Shown here in pieces: positions 38,351-48,772 of a DNA stretch of 64,000 nt. The notes under the pieces are model-generated. The model did no database searches, was not told the origin of the DNA, and saw only the letters and a list, made by a program, of their open reading frames with translations. A program made the translations under genes and the position numbers. The first letter of the stretch is position 1. Each line of letters starts with the position of its first letter. This stretch comes from Arenicellales bacterium. Lineage in GTDB: Bacteria; Pseudomonadota; Gammaproteobacteria; Arenicellales; Poriferihabitantaceae. The DNA is taken from positions 1,519,734 through 1,583,733 of the forward strand of contig OY761989.1 of NCBI GenBank assembly GCA_963665165.1. The letters are read 5' to 3'.

Positions 38351-39768
38351 GCATGGCGGGAGAGCGTCACGCTCAACTGGTTGTACTCGGTTCGGGACCG
38401 GGTGGCTACACTGCCGCGTTTCGGGCGGCAGATCTTGGATTGCAGGTTCTGCTGGTTGAGCGCTACCCGTGTCTGGGCGGAGTCTGCCTGAATGTCGGCT
38501 GTATCCCTTCCAAGGCGTTGCTTCATGTCGCGAAAATCATCTCGGAGCTCTCGGAGGCCGGTAAAATCGGGCTGACCTGCCCGCCTCCGGAGATTGACCT
38601 GCGACAAACACTCAAGTGGAAAAACGGGATCGTCCAGCAGTTGACCCGGGGACTGGCGGGACTGGCCGGGAAGCGAAAGGTCACCCTCATGCAAGGCGCC
38701 GGGAAATTTACCGGGCCGAACAGGATGGAAGTCGAATCGGAAGGCAAAACCGAATCCATATCCTTTGACCAGGCGATTATCGCGGTCGGCTCGCATGTGA
38801 CAGAAATTCCAGGTTTCCCGGTCGGGGACGGGCGGGTGATGGACTCGACCGGGGCGCTCGAACCGGGCGACATCCCGCAAAAACTGCTGGTTATCGGTGG
38901 TGGAATCATTGGTCTTGAGATGGCGACGGTCTATCACTCGCTTGGCAGCAAAATCAGTATCGTTGAAATGATGGATGGATTGATAGCCGGCGCCGATGCG
39001 GACCTGGTCCGGCCGTTAATGAAAAAAATCAGGGAACAGTATGAGCACATCTGGCTGAACACCCGGGTTACCCGAATGGATTCGCTGGAAAATGGAGTCC
39101 AGGTTTATTTTGCAGGGGAAGACGCCCCGAAAAGCAGGACATTCGACCGCGTTCTGGTTGCAGTGGGCCGTACCCCCAATGGCCACCTGATCAACGCGGA
39201 ATCGTCTGGCGTGGTGGTTGATAAACAGGGATTCATCCGGGTGGACAGGCAGCAACGGACCTCTGTTCCTCATATTTTCGCGATTGGCGATGTCGTTGGG
39301 CAACCGATGCTGGCCCACAAGGCGGTTCACGAGGGCAAGGTCGCGGCTGAAGTGGCGGCAGGCATGAAAAGTGGTTTCGATGCGCGTGTTATCCCGTGCG
39401 TCGCCTATACCGATCCGGAAATTGCCTGGGCGGGGATCACCGAATCCGAGGCAAAAGCCAAAGGACTTGAATATGGCAAGGGGGTTTTCCCCTGGGCCGC
39501 CAGCGGCCGTTCCCTGTCCCAGGGGCGTAACGAAGGGTTGACCAAACTGTTGTTCGACAAGGCCAATGACCGTATTATCGGAGCGGGCATTACCGGTAGC
39601 AACGCGGGTGACCTGATCGCCGAAGCGGTGCTCGCAATGGAGATGAATGCCGATGCCCGTGACATCGGACTGTCCATCCACCCACACCCTACCCTGGCCG
39701 AGACCCTCGGTTTTGCCGCCGAGGCTTTCGAGGGGACCATCACCGATTTGTACATGCCGCGGAAGTGA
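38347..39768 (+). CDS. lpd: Dihydrolipoyl dehydrogenase E3
   Basis: GSGPGGY FAD-binding motif and redox disulfide GGVCLNVGCIPSK. The GTG at 38347 overlaps the aceF stop, and the ATG at 38353 is an alternative. Confidence 0.93.
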   Translation: MSMAGERHAQLVVLGSGPGGYTAAFRAADLGLQVLLVERYPCLGGVCLNVGCIPSKALLHVAKIISELSEAGKIGLTCPPPEIDLRQTLKWKNGIVQQLTRGLAGLAGKRKVTLMQGAGKFTGPNRMEVESEGKTESISFDQAIIAVGSHVTEIPGFPVGDGRVMDSTGALEPGDIPQKLLVIGGGIIGLEMATVYHSLGSKISIVEMMDGLIAGADADLVRPLMKKIREQYEHIWLNTRVTRMDSLENGVQVYFAGEDAPKSRTFDRVLVAVGRTPNGHLINAESSGVVVDKQGFIRVDRQQRTSVPHIFAIGDVVGQPMLAHKAVHEGKVAAEVAAGMKSGFDARVIPCVAYTDPEIAWAGITESEAKAKGLEYGKGVFPWAASGRSLSQGRNEGLTKLLFDKANDRIIGAGITGSNAGDLIAEAVLAMEMNADARDIGLSIHPHPTLAETLGFAAEAFEGTITDLYMPRK

Positions 39769-39788
39769 CCGGAAAATACGTATTCCGG
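39769..39788. terminator. Small hairpin between convergent lpd and recO (possible bidirectional terminator)
   Basis: CCGGAA-aatacgta-TTCCGG fills the 22-nt gap between the two stops. There is no clear U-tract on either strand. Confidence 0.3.
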
Positions 39789-39790
39789 CC

Positions 39791-40555
39791 TTACGGTTGC
39801 CCCTCAGGCGAAGAAGGTTCAGGGCAAGATGACCGGCTGTGCCGGAAACGTTTCATTTCACGCATTACCCGGCGGCTACGCAGGGGTTTCCCGTTCAGTT
39901 GAAGATCAATCAGATACCTGGTCAGCCTGTTGGCCTGCCGATGGTTTTCACGGGTCGGGAATCGTTCCTTGTCCAGTGCGATCAATGTGGATCCACGGAT
40001 GCCCCCTTTCTCGCCGCTGGCCGCCAGTACCGGCCCTTTCTCAGGAAAGTAGTGGTAATTCATGTCGGGTCTGATCGCCTCTCCGGATTCAACATCGTGG
40101 TCGAGTATCAGGCCGAAACCAATCTCCCTGAGCAGATATTTTTCGAAAATCCGTAATACGACAAACGGGTCCTGCCGATCTGCCAGGGCCAGAATCTGTT
40201 CCTGGTATTTTTCGAACAGCGTCTCATGCGCGTCATGCCGGTGCAACAATTTCAAAATCAACTCGTTGATGTAATATCCGCAACTGATTCCCGTACTCGA
40301 TAAGGGCGGTGCGAAGCCGGGTTGCTCAATCCCGGTCAGGATTGGCAGTTCCCCCTTTCCGGTCCAACTGACCAGCAGGGGCTTAAAGGGCAGAAACAAC
40401 CCCTGGGGCTGCGTTTTTTTCTTTCTGCATCCCTTGGCAATCAGCGTCAATCGGCCGAATTCGCGGGTAAAAACCTCCACCAGCAGGCTGCTTTCACTGT
40501 ATGGCCGCCGATGAAGGATGAACCCGGCCTGCTGATCCACCTTTTTCCGGTTCAC
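39791..40555 (-). CDS. recO: DNA repair protein RecO
   Basis: GFILHRRPYSESSLLVEVFTREFGRLTLIAKG. The GTG at 40555 overlaps the era stop (GTGA). The ORF-track start at 40594 would overlap era by 43 nt. Confidence 0.88.
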   Translation of the reverse strand: MNRKKVDQQAGFILHRRPYSESSLLVEVFTREFGRLTLIAKGCRKKKTQPQGLFLPFKPLLVSWTGKGELPILTGIEQPGFAPPLSSTGISCGYYINELILKLLHRHDAHETLFEKYQEQILALADRQDPFVVLRIFEKYLLREIGFGLILDHDVESGEAIRPDMNYHYFPEKGPVLAASGEKGGIRGSTLIALDKERFPTRENHRQANRLTRYLIDLQLNGKPLRSRRVMREMKRFRHSRSSCPEPSSPEGQP

Positions 40556-41421
40556 AATGGACTGGCTCCGGGCTCTTTTTTGACCCTGACCCACAAATTC
40601 AGGAATACTCTGCGCGAAAATTTCTTCTCGATCTGGAATCTCGCATCCGCCCCAATTTGCTTCAACTGATTTCCGTTCTTGCCGATAATGATTGATTTCT
40701 GGCTGTTTTTCCCGACTCGTACAACCGCATCGATATAGAGAATACCACGCTCATTGACCTCGAACCGGACCACCTCGGTCGTAATTTCATAGGGCAATTC
40801 CTCTCTCAGCTTCATGAAGATCTGTTCCCGGACCAATTCAGCGGCGATGAAGCGGTCGGAGCGGTCCGTGACCTGGTCTTCCGGGAAACCGGGCGGCCCA
40901 TCGGACAAGTGGCCGGCAACCAATGCCAGAAAGCCGTCCCTGTCGTCCAGTCTTAACGCCGACAACGGGATTATTTCCCTGAAGTCATGAATTTGTCCGG
41001 ATTCCCGCATAATCGGCAGCAACCGGGATTTGTCTTTTAACCGGTCGATTTTATTGATAATCAGGATAACCGGGATATTCCTGGATTTTACCGGATCGAA
41101 TATCCGGATCAGTTCCTGGTTCCAGCCGCGGTGATCGATCATGAAAAGAATGATATCAACATCGGACAAACTGCTTATTGCGACCCGGTTGATCTGCCTG
41201 TTGAGATTTTTATGCTGGTTGCCATGCAGTCCGGGCGTGTCAACAAAAGCGATCTGGTAATCCGGGGCGGTCGTGATACCGAGAATCCGGTGCCATGTAG
41301 TTTGCGGACGCCGGGAAATAATCGAGATTTTCTGTCCGACAATCTGGTTCAGCAATGTCGATTTTCCTGCGTTCGGTGGACCGATCAACGCCGCGAAACC
41401 GAATTTGTGGTTGTCAGTCAT
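40552..41421 (-). CDS. era: GTPase Era
   Basis: GPPNAGKSTLLN, DTPG, NKID and a KH domain. The ATG at 41421 (MTDNHKFGF) overlaps the end of rnc. The ORF-track start at 41502 lies inside rnc. Confidence 0.92.
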   Translation of the reverse strand: MTDNHKFGFAALIGPPNAGKSTLLNQIVGQKISIISRRPQTTWHRILGITTAPDYQIAFVDTPGLHGNQHKNLNRQINRVAISSLSDVDIILFMIDHRGWNQELIRIFDPVKSRNIPVILIINKIDRLKDKSRLLPIMRESGQIHDFREIIPLSALRLDDRDGFLALVAGHLSDGPPGFPEDQVTDRSDRFIAAELVREQIFMKLREELPYEITTEVVRFEVNERGILYIDAVVRVGKNSQKSIIIGKNGNQLKQIGADARFQIEKKFSRRVFLNLWVRVKKEPGASPL

Positions 41422-42112
41422 CGCACTCCTGTTCGTCCAGGGCAGACAGCACCCGCTCGGCTGCCGCCTGTTCCGCGGCCTTACGGCTTCTGCCATGGGC
41501 AATAAACGCCCGCTTGATTCCAGGTACTGAACAGGAAACCTCGAAGGTCAGGCTGTGCGCTTCACCTTCCTGCCCCAAAACACGGTAGACAGGCAACAGG
41601 CTGTCGTCTTTCTGCAGCCTCTCCTGCAACCGGGTTTTGCTGTCCTTGAGACCGCGCGGCTGAATATCCTTCAACAGCGTCCGGTACATTCCATCGAGGA
41701 ATTGATTGACCGATTCAATGCCTCCATCCAGATAAATAGCGCCGGCGACCGCTTCGAAAGAGTCAGCCAGGGCGGAAACACGGTTACGACCGTTATTTTT
41801 CAATTCTCCACTGGCCATGATCAAATATTTGTCAAGGCGCAATTCCCGCGCCAGGGACGCCAGTGTGGTATTACGGACCAGCCGCGCCCTCATCGCAGTC
41901 AGGTCACCTTCATTCAACTGAGGGAAAAGCCGGTACAATGACTGTGATATGAAGAACCCTATAATGCTGTCGCCAAGATATTCCAGGCGCTGATTGTTCG
42001 GTAGTCCCATATTACTGCGGTGCGACAATGCCAGACACAGCAGGTCACGATGGTTGAATCGATAGTCAAGCGCCCGTTCAACCGCGTCGATGTCAATCAC
42101 CCTGGTAGCCAA
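41414..42112 (-). CDS. rnc: Ribonuclease III
   Basis: The RNase III signature NQRLEYLGDS plus a C-terminal dsRBD. Confidence 0.93.
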   Translation of the reverse strand: MATRVIDIDAVERALDYRFNHRDLLCLALSHRSNMGLPNNQRLEYLGDSIIGFFISQSLYRLFPQLNEGDLTAMRARLVRNTTLASLARELRLDKYLIMASGELKNNGRNRVSALADSFEAVAGAIYLDGGIESVNQFLDGMYRTLLKDIQPRGLKDSKTRLQERLQKDDSLLPVYRVLGQEGEAHSLTFEVSCSVPGIKRAFIAHGRSRKAAEQAAAERVLSALDEQECDD

Positions 42113-42136
42113 CCGATTTGCCCGCGCCGAATGGGT

Positions 42137-42892
42137 TTACTCGATCGTGTTGCCGATGCGGCTCCACTCTATACCGCCACCGCTGGCGCTTTTCCAACTG
42201 AACCAGATGAAAAAGGCCTCGCCGACTACATTATCTTCCGGCACAAAGCCCCAGTATCGACTGTCATTGCTGTGGTCCCGGTTATCCCCCATAACAAAAT
42301 ATTGTCCCGCAGGGACAGTGACTTTTTCAAGATTGCGCGTAAAACCCTGGTCATCCAGTATGATGAGATGTTCATCGCCGTCAATCGTTTCCACCAGTTG
42401 ACCCGCTGATGTCCCCTTCAACTTGTCCTGTACGTATGCGTATCGTCCGTCATCCTGCGTTTCAACCGGTTCTCCGTTGATCGTTATCCTCTTGTCTATA
42501 TAGGAAAGCGTGTCGCCAGGCAGGCCAATCACGCGCTTGATGAAATTCAGCTTGGGATTCTGGGGATATCGGAACACGATCACATCTCCGCGTTCAGGGC
42601 TGTCGATCGGAATGACCTTCAGGTTGACCACCGGCAGGCGTATTCCATATTTGAATTTATTGACCAGAATGAAGTCCCCGATATGCAAGCCGGGCAGCAT
42701 GGACCCCGACGGAATCCTGAACGGTTCAATCACGAATGAGCGCAATACAAAAACGAACAGGATAACCGGGAACAACGCCCTGGCATATTCGACGACAATC
42801 GACTTCCTTCTCCTGCGACCCAATAATTTCGCAAGCAACAGAACGCCCCCGGTAACCAGCAACGCGATAAACAAGATGAGTGAAAAATCCAT
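42137..42892 (-). CDS. lepB: Signal peptidase I
   Basis: An N-terminal TM segment, the catalytic IPSGSMLP, and YFVMGDNRDHSNDSRYWG. Confidence 0.92.
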   Translation of the reverse strand: MDFSLILFIALLVTGGVLLLAKLLGRRRRKSIVVEYARALFPVILFVFVLRSFVIEPFRIPSGSMLPGLHIGDFILVNKFKYGIRLPVVNLKVIPIDSPERGDVIVFRYPQNPKLNFIKRVIGLPGDTLSYIDKRITINGEPVETQDDGRYAYVQDKLKGTSAGQLVETIDGDEHLIILDDQGFTRNLEKVTVPAGQYFVMGDNRDHSNDSRYWGFVPEDNVVGEAFFIWFSWKSASGGGIEWSRIGNTIE

Positions 42893-42944
42893 ACAACCCC
42901 TTTGAATTTCAATTTGGCTTAAATGGTGACGATTCTAACCCATA

Positions 42945-44774
42945 TCAGTCCCGACTGACTTTCAATACGGAAAGAAAGGCTTCCTGCGGGATTTCAACCG
43001 AACCGATCTGCTTCATCCGCTTTTTCCCCGCCTTCTGTTTTTCCAGCAGTTTCCTTTTGCGCGTAACATCGCCGCCGTAGCATTTTGCGGTGACATTCTT
43101 TCTCAGGGCCTTTACGGTTTCCCGGGCAATGATCCGGGTCCCGATCGCCGCCTGGATCGCCACATCGAACATTTGTCTCGGGATCAGCCCCCGCAAGCGT
43201 TTGACCAGTTCACGGGCGCGATACTGGCTCTGCTCCCTATGCACAAGAACTGCCAGCGGCCCTACTTTCTCTCCGTTGATCAGGATATCCACTTTCACCA
43301 TGTCGGCAGGCCGGCTATCGATATACTCATAATCCAGCGAACCATAACCCCGGCTCGCCGATTTCAGTCGATCAAAAAAATCCATGACGATTTCGGTCAA
43401 AGGCATCTCGAATTCGATCATCACCTGGCGTCCGTGGTAATGAATGTTTTTCTGTATTCCCCGTTTTTCGACACACAGCGTAATGATTGCGCCGACATAG
43501 TCGTGCGGGGCCAGTATCCGGGCAACGATGAATGGTTCCCGGACTGTTTCAATGAAAGACGGGTCCGGCAAATCGGCCGGATTGTCAATCAATATGGATT
43601 CCCCGTTTTTTTTCAGCACATCGTACACAACGGTAGGCGCAGTAGTAATCAGGTCGAGTCGATACTCCCGTTCGAGACGTTCCTGAACAATTTCCATATG
43701 CAGCATACCCAGAAAACCGCACCTGAAGCCAAACCCGAGCGCTTGTGAGGATTCGGGTTCGAAAGACAGGGAGGCGTCATTCAGGCTGAGTTTGTTCAAA
43801 GCCACCCGGAATGCCTCGAAATCGGCGCCGTTGACCGGGTACAGGCCCGCGAACACGGTCGGCTGGACCTCCTTGAAGCCCGGCAGCGGGGATTCCGCAG
43901 GCCGACTGCCCAACGTGATGGTATCGCCGACCCGGGCTGACCTGATTTCCTTCAAGCCCGCGGTCAGATAGCCGACATTGCCCACACTGAGAGATTCAAC
44001 GTGAACCGGTTTCGGGGTAAACACCCCGATGTTTTCAACCTGGAACTCACGTCCGGACGACATCATTCTGATCTTGTTTTTTCCGGTCGCCATCTGCCCC
44101 TGCATGATCCGTATCAACACCACCACTCCAAGATAATTGTCGAACCAGGAGTCGAGAATCAGGGCGCTGAGCGGCGCATCCACAGAACCTGTGGGCGGGG
44201 GCAGCGACAATACGATCTGCTCGAGTATTTCCTCAACCCCCTGTCCGGTTTTCGCGCTGACCGACAAGGCGTCGCTGCTGTCGATACCGATGACGTCCTC
44301 GATTTCCTGAATCACCCGTTCCGGTTCCGCGGCCGGCAGGTCGATTTTATTGAGCACGGGAATTACAGTCAGTCCGAGATCGACTGCGGCATAACAGTTT
44401 GCCACAGTCTGCGCCTCCACGCCCTGGGCGGCATCCACCACCAGCAACGCCCCTTCGCAAGCGTTCAGTGAACGGGACACTTCGTATGAAAAATCGACAT
44501 GGCCCGGTGTGTCGATCAGATTCAATTGATACCGATGACCATCACGAGCCCGGTAATCCAGAGTGACACTTTGCGCTTTTATGGTAATCCCCCGCTCTCG
44601 CTCAAGTTCCATCGAATCCAGCACCTGTTCCTTCATTTCACGTTTTTCCAATCCACCGCAAAACTGGATAAAACGGTCAGCCAGGGTGGACTTGCCATGA
44701 TCGACATGGGCGATAATCGAAAAGTTCCGAATCCGGGCCGGCTCGTAATTACGGGGAATCGGTTCGGGCATCAC
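42945..44774 (-). CDS. lepA: Elongation factor 4
   Basis: [28 protein letters not shown], and the LepA-specific C-terminal region. Confidence 0.95.
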   Translation of the reverse strand: MMPEPIPRNYEPARIRNFSIIAHVDHGKSTLADRFIQFCGGLEKREMKEQVLDSMELERERGITIKAQSVTLDYRARDGHRYQLNLIDTPGHVDFSYEVSRSLNACEGALLVVDAAQGVEAQTVANCYAAVDLGLTVIPVLNKIDLPAAEPERVIQEIEDVIGIDSSDALSVSAKTGQGVEEILEQIVLSLPPPTGSVDAPLSALILDSWFDNYLGVVVLIRIMQGQMATGKNKIRMMSSGREFQVENIGVFTPKPVHVESLSVGNVGYLTAGLKEIRSARVGDTITLGSRPAESPLPGFKEVQPTVFAGLYPVNGADFEAFRVALNKLSLNDASLSFEPESSQALGFGFRCGFLGMLHMEIVQERLEREYRLDLITTAPTVVYDVLKKNGESILIDNPADLPDPSFIETVREPFIVARILAPHDYVGAIITLCVEKRGIQKNIHYHGRQVMIEFEMPLTEIVMDFFDRLKSASRGYGSLDYEYIDSRPADMVKVDILINGEKVGPLAVLVHREQSQYRARELVKRLRGLIPRQMFDVAIQAAIGTRIIARETVKALRKNVTAKCYGGDVTRKRKLLEKQKAGKKRMKQIGSVEIPQEAFLSVLKVSRD

Positions 44775-44799
44775 TGCGTCACATTGATTCGGGTTGATA

Positions 44800-44969
44800 T
44801 TGTTTCGGGAGGTCTGGTCTTCAGGTCGTCAGGTCGAACGGGCTGCCAGTCCGGACGGAGCTTGCCATACGGTGGTCAGACCGGGTATTTTAGCGTAGAC
44901 CTCGGATAAAATATCAAATATCGGGCGAACACCTCCCTGCCCCGGTTAAACGACGAAATTCAGGAGAAC
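44800..44969 (+). promoter_or_regulatory. Structured 5' leader of the tupBC-like/mobA operon (candidate riboswitch-like element, possibly the Moco class)
   Basis: GGGAGGTCT (44807-44815) can pair either with AGACCTC (44897-44903) or perfectly with ACCTCCC (44931-44937). The CCTCC segment is also complementary to the AGGAG Shine-Dalgarno at about 44961. The class assignment rests only on the downstream genes and an ACCUCCC-type 3' element. Confidence 0.3.
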
Positions 44970-45677
44970 ATGAAAGTGGAATCACTGTCTGGCGCGACAC
45001 TGGAAGCATTTTCACTGCTGTTGAGCGGTGACCGGGAGCTGTGGGAGATTATTGGAATCTCATTTCGCGTGTCCGGAACCGCCATCCTGGTTGCCTGTCC
45101 GCTCGCATTGTTTGTCGCCTTTGCCCTGGCCTATTTCAATTTCCCCGGACGACGACTGGTCATATCGCTGTCAAACACCTTTCTCGCATTCCCCGCTGTT
45201 GTGGTCGGGCTGGTTCTATACCTGCTGCTTTCAAGGCAAGGGCCGCTGGGAGATTGGAAATTGCTGTTCACACAAACGGCGATGGTGCTCGCGCAAATCA
45301 TCCTCTGCCTGCCAATACTGATTTCAATGGGTCATTCAGCCTTTCAGGCGATTGATGTCAGGGCTTGGGAAACAGCTCGAACTATGGGATGCAATCCTTT
45401 GATATCATTCATACATGTTTCGAACGAAGCTAAATTTGGATTGCTGGCCGCAATGCTCGCCGGGTTTGGGAGAATCATAGCGGAAGTGGGCGCGTCCATG
45501 ATGGTGGGCGGCAACATCCTGCATCATACCCGTAACATTCCGACTGCGATTGCGCTTGAAACCACTAAAGGTAATTTTTCCCAGGGCATAGCGCTCGGCA
45601 TCGTTCTGGTTGTACTGGCATTTTTATTGAATTTGCTTCTGCAATATTTCCAGGGTCGGGGTAAACTGTCGATATGA
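44970..45677 (+). CDS. ABC transporter permease, tungstate/molybdate-type (TupB-like)
   Basis: 235 aa with five or six TM segments, an EAA-loop region (ETARTMGCNP...EAKFGLLAAMLAGFGRIIAEVGASMMVGGNI) and TRNIPTAIALETTKGNF, which resembles TupB. Confidence 0.6.
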   Translation: MKVESLSGATLEAFSLLLSGDRELWEIIGISFRVSGTAILVACPLALFVAFALAYFNFPGRRLVISLSNTFLAFPAVVVGLVLYLLLSRQGPLGDWKLLFTQTAMVLAQIILCLPILISMGHSAFQAIDVRAWETARTMGCNPLISFIHVSNEAKFGLLAAMLAGFGRIIAEVGASMMVGGNILHHTRNIPTAIALETTKGNFSQGIALGIVLVVLAFLLNLLLQYFQGRGKLSI

Positions 45678-46399
45678 TCGATCATCCAGCAATACAGTTC
45701 ACGGAAATATCGAAAGCGTTTCCCCGCACGAAAATCCTGACCGGCGTCACGGTCACGATTCACGGCGGGCGGATTTACCTGCTGTCCGGTGAAAATGGCG
45801 CAGGCAAGACCACGTTGCTGAAGATACTTTCCGGATTGCTCAACCCGGATCAGGGTTCTGTTAATTTCGGGTTTCACAGCAAGTCGATCCGGAAAAGCAG
45901 AAAGGAGTTGTTGCGTTATCTGATGTACATGCACCAGACTCCTTATATGTTCGAGGGTAGCGTGTCCAGGAATCTGTCCATCGCCCTCAAACCTTTCCGG
46001 GCTGCGGGGCGCCGGGATCGGGATATCAACGACGCTTTGCAATGGGCCATGCTGTCGAAGCACAAATCGGCGCCGGCAAAATCCCTGTCCGGCGGCCAGC
46101 AGCAACGGGTTGCGCTGGCCCGCGCCTGGCTTCGGCAATCGCCGTTCCTGTTGCTGGACGAACCGGTCGCCAATATGGATATCCCCTCCGCGTTGCGAAC
46201 GCTTGAGCTTTTGCAACGCCTGAAAGAGTCTGGCGTTGGTATCGTGATCAGCAGCCACAATTTCCAGTTTTTCAACGAACATGTCGATCAGCGCCTGATT
46301 TTATCGAATGGGGAATTAACCAACGTTGAAGACCTCGACTACAGCGGTAATGTGACACCCATCCACCGGGATAACAGTGCAAAATCGAATTCCGGCTGA
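45674..46399 (+). CDS. ABC transporter ATP-binding protein (TupC-like)
   Basis: GENGAGKTTLL, LSGGQQQRVALARAW and LLLDEP. Its start overlaps the permease stop. Confidence 0.75.
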   Translation: MIDHPAIQFTEISKAFPRTKILTGVTVTIHGGRIYLLSGENGAGKTTLLKILSGLLNPDQGSVNFGFHSKSIRKSRKELLRYLMYMHQTPYMFEGSVSRNLSIALKPFRAAGRRDRDINDALQWAMLSKHKSAPAKSLSGGQQQRVALARAWLRQSPFLLLDEPVANMDIPSALRTLELLQRLKESGVGIVISSHNFQFFNEHVDQRLILSNGELTNVEDLDYSGNVTPIHRDNSAKSNSG

Positions 46400-47030
46400 G
46401 CGGCCGGATAATCTGACGGCGCTCATACTGGCCGGCGGCAGGGCCAGAAGAATGCAGGGCCGGGACAAGGGCTTGCTGACGCTGGACGGCCAGACGATGA
46501 TCGGACTGATCCTCAGGCAACTGGCGCCTCAATGTAAAATTATCCTGATCAATGCGAATCGCAACCTTTCTGAATATCGCCAGTACGGGTACACCGTGAT
46601 TCCGGACCAGCATCCGGATTTCCAGGGACCGCTGGCGGGAATGTATTCAGGCTTGAGCCATGCCACGACCGACTGGATGATCACGGCGCCGTGTGATGGA
46701 CCGATTCTGGCGGCAGACTATTGCCAGAGAATGATGACGGCGGCGGTTCGGGAAGACTGCAAAATCGCGGTAGCCCGGCTGCGGGACCGAATCCAGCCGG
46801 TATACGCGCTGCTTCACCGTTCCCTCACGGACAGTCTGGCCGCCTGCCTGCATTCGGAGGAAAGAAAAATCGACCGCTGGTATCACCGGCATGGTTTTTG
46901 CAGGGTCGATTTTTCCGACAACCCCGACATGTTCGAAAACATCAACACCCCGGACCAATTACTCGCCGTTTCAGCCAAAATTCGAGCTGGAACCGGCGAA
47001 GACCGGGGAAAGACGCGGGATACCACTTGA
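46377..47030 (+). CDS. mobA: Molybdenum cofactor guanylyltransferase
   Basis: LILAGGRARRMQGRDKGLL and PCDGP motifs. The GTG start overlaps the ABC ATPase gene by 23 nt. Confidence 0.85.
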   Translation: MQNRIPAERPDNLTALILAGGRARRMQGRDKGLLTLDGQTMIGLILRQLAPQCKIILINANRNLSEYRQYGYTVIPDQHPDFQGPLAGMYSGLSHATTDWMITAPCDGPILAADYCQRMMTAAVREDCKIAVARLRDRIQPVYALLHRSLTDSLAACLHSEERKIDRWYHRHGFCRVDFSDNPDMFENINTPDQLLAVSAKIRAGTGEDRGKTRDTT

Positions 47031-47046
47031 GCGACCGGGAATCCGG

Positions 47047-47769
47047 TCAGGCGAACTTGATGGTAATCCGGCGATTCTGTTTGCCCTTGTTCTTGATGCT
47101 TTCGACCTGAACCAGCCCGATTTCACCACTACTGGCGACATGGGTGCCGCCGCAGGGTTGCAGATCCGCTCCGCCGAATTGAACCAGCCTGACTTTACCG
47201 GCGCCCATCGGCGGCTTGACCGACATGGTGCGGATCAACTCCGGCTGCGCCGCCATTTCCTCGTCTGTGATCCAGCGCAGGCTCATCCGGTGGTTCTGCT
47301 GGATTATTTCATTCAACCGCCGCTCCAGGTCGGCCTTTTCAGGCGGATCCGGCAAATCGAAGTCAAGCCGGCCGCTGCCGTCCCGAATCGAACCTCCGGT
47401 GACCGGAGCCGGAACCGCTACGCACAGCATGTGCATGCAACTGTGCATTCTCATCAGGCGATAGCGCCGCTCCCAATCCAGTGAAAGCATGACCTCTTCC
47501 CCGGTCGTCGGCACATCGTCACACGGGTTGACAAGGTGCAGATGCTGGCCGCTCGTTCTGTCCCTGTAGCAATCCATCACCTCGATGACCGTGCCATCAG
47601 CGCGGGTCATGATGCCCGTATCTCCAGGCTGCCCGCCGCCCAGCGGGTAAAACACGGTTTGATCCACCGATATGCCATACTGTTCGCCAGCCGGACTAAC
47701 AGCCGTCACCCGCGCCCTGCAGGATTTCAGGTAGCCGTCTTCACGAAACAATTCTCTGGTCATCGTCAT
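47047..47769 (-). CDS. Alanyl-tRNA editing protein (AlaX-type)
   Basis: Zinc motifs HSCMH and CGGTHV in a 240-aa protein. Confidence 0.8.
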   Translation of the reverse strand: MTMTRELFREDGYLKSCRARVTAVSPAGEQYGISVDQTVFYPLGGGQPGDTGIMTRADGTVIEVMDCYRDRTSGQHLHLVNPCDDVPTTGEEVMLSLDWERRYRLMRMHSCMHMLCVAVPAPVTGGSIRDGSGRLDFDLPDPPEKADLERRLNEIIQQNHRMSLRWITDEEMAAQPELIRTMSVKPPMGAGKVRLVQFGGADLQPCGGTHVASSGEIGLVQVESIKNKGKQNRRITIKFA

Positions 47770-47818
47770 GTTCCTGTCATGGTTCCGGTCATTACCGCAT
47801 ACGCATTCGATTTGCCGG

Positions 47819-48772
47819 TCAACAGCCCGACTGGAAAATCCTCGCTCTCACCATTTCCGCCACTTCGACCGCAACCAGGCCGTCTTCGCCACTGACCAAA
47901 GGCTGCCGGTCGTGGCTGACACAGTCAATGAAGTGGGCCAACTCGACATTCAGGGGTTGTTGGGGAGAGACCTCGATATCCCGGCGTTCCATTTCCGGGA
48001 AGTTGCTGCCTTCCTTTTTCCTGCCCGTCCTGACTTCAGATAATTGCTGGGTCAGATAATTCAATCCAAGATATCGGTCCTCGGAAAACACCCGGATCCG
48101 GCGAAATCGCTGGGTCGATACCCGACTGGAAGTGACATTGGCAACCGCTCCGTTTTCAAATTCCAGACGCGCGTTTGCGATATCGACATGATCGGTCACA
48201 ACCGGCGTACCGGTGGCCGAAACGGACTTCAGTCCCGACCGGATCAACGAAAGCACGATATCGATATCATGGATCATCAGGTCGGTGACGACATCGACAT
48301 CGGTTGCGCGTTCACTGAATTCCCCCAGCCGGTGGACTTCGATGAACCGGGGGTTTTGCGCCAGTTCCACTATTTTCATGACCCCTGCGTTGAAACGCTC
48401 CAGATGCCCGATCTGCAATATGACGCCGGACGCTTCCGCGATGCGGACAATCCTTGCGCTTTCCTCTACAGTCGGCGCAACCGGCTTTTCGAGCAGGGTA
48501 TGGATCCCGGCTTCAAGAAACGGACGCGCAACCGGCAGGTGGACACTGGTGGGAACCACAATGCTGACCGCGTCGATCCCACCCAGAACCTCTTGTGCGC
48601 CAGTCAGCGCCTGACAGTCACAATCTTTGGCGACAGACTGTGCCACGGTCGCATCGGTATCCACTACCGCAATCAGGTCGACGTTATCCATTTCATGGTA
48701 GATTCTGGCGTGAATCCGGCCCAGATACCCTGCCCCGATCACCGCGACCCTGATCTTCCTGTTATTATTCAA
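47819..48772 (-). CDS. Gfo/Idh/MocA family oxidoreductase
   Basis: An N-terminal Rossmann motif IRVAVIGAGYLGRIH and EKP. Confidence 0.8.
   Translation of the reverse strand: MNNNRKIRVAVIGAGYLGRIHARIYHEMDNVDLIAVVDTDATVAQSVAKDCDCQALTGAQEVLGGIDAVSIVVPTSVHLPVARPFLEAGIHTLLEKPVAPTVEESARIVRIAEASGVILQIGHLERFNAGVMKIVELAQNPRFIEVHRLGEFSERATDVDVVTDLMIHDIDIVLSLIRSGLKSVSATGTPVVTDHVDIANARLEFENGAVANVTSSRVSTQRFRRIRVFSEDRYLGLNYLTQQLSEVRTGRKKEGSNFPEMERRDIEVSPQQPLNVELAHFIDCVSHDRQPLVSGEDGLVAVEVAEMVRARIFQSGC

Noticed and set aside
34266-39687. Many long antisense or out-of-frame ORFs across aceE-aceF-lpd, for example 34266-35093, 35160-35966, 36039-36866, 36967-37743, 38257-38937 and 39016-39687.
   Set aside because: These are shadow ORFs inside strongly supported genes. 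Their translations are Arg/Pro/Gly-rich with no motifs.
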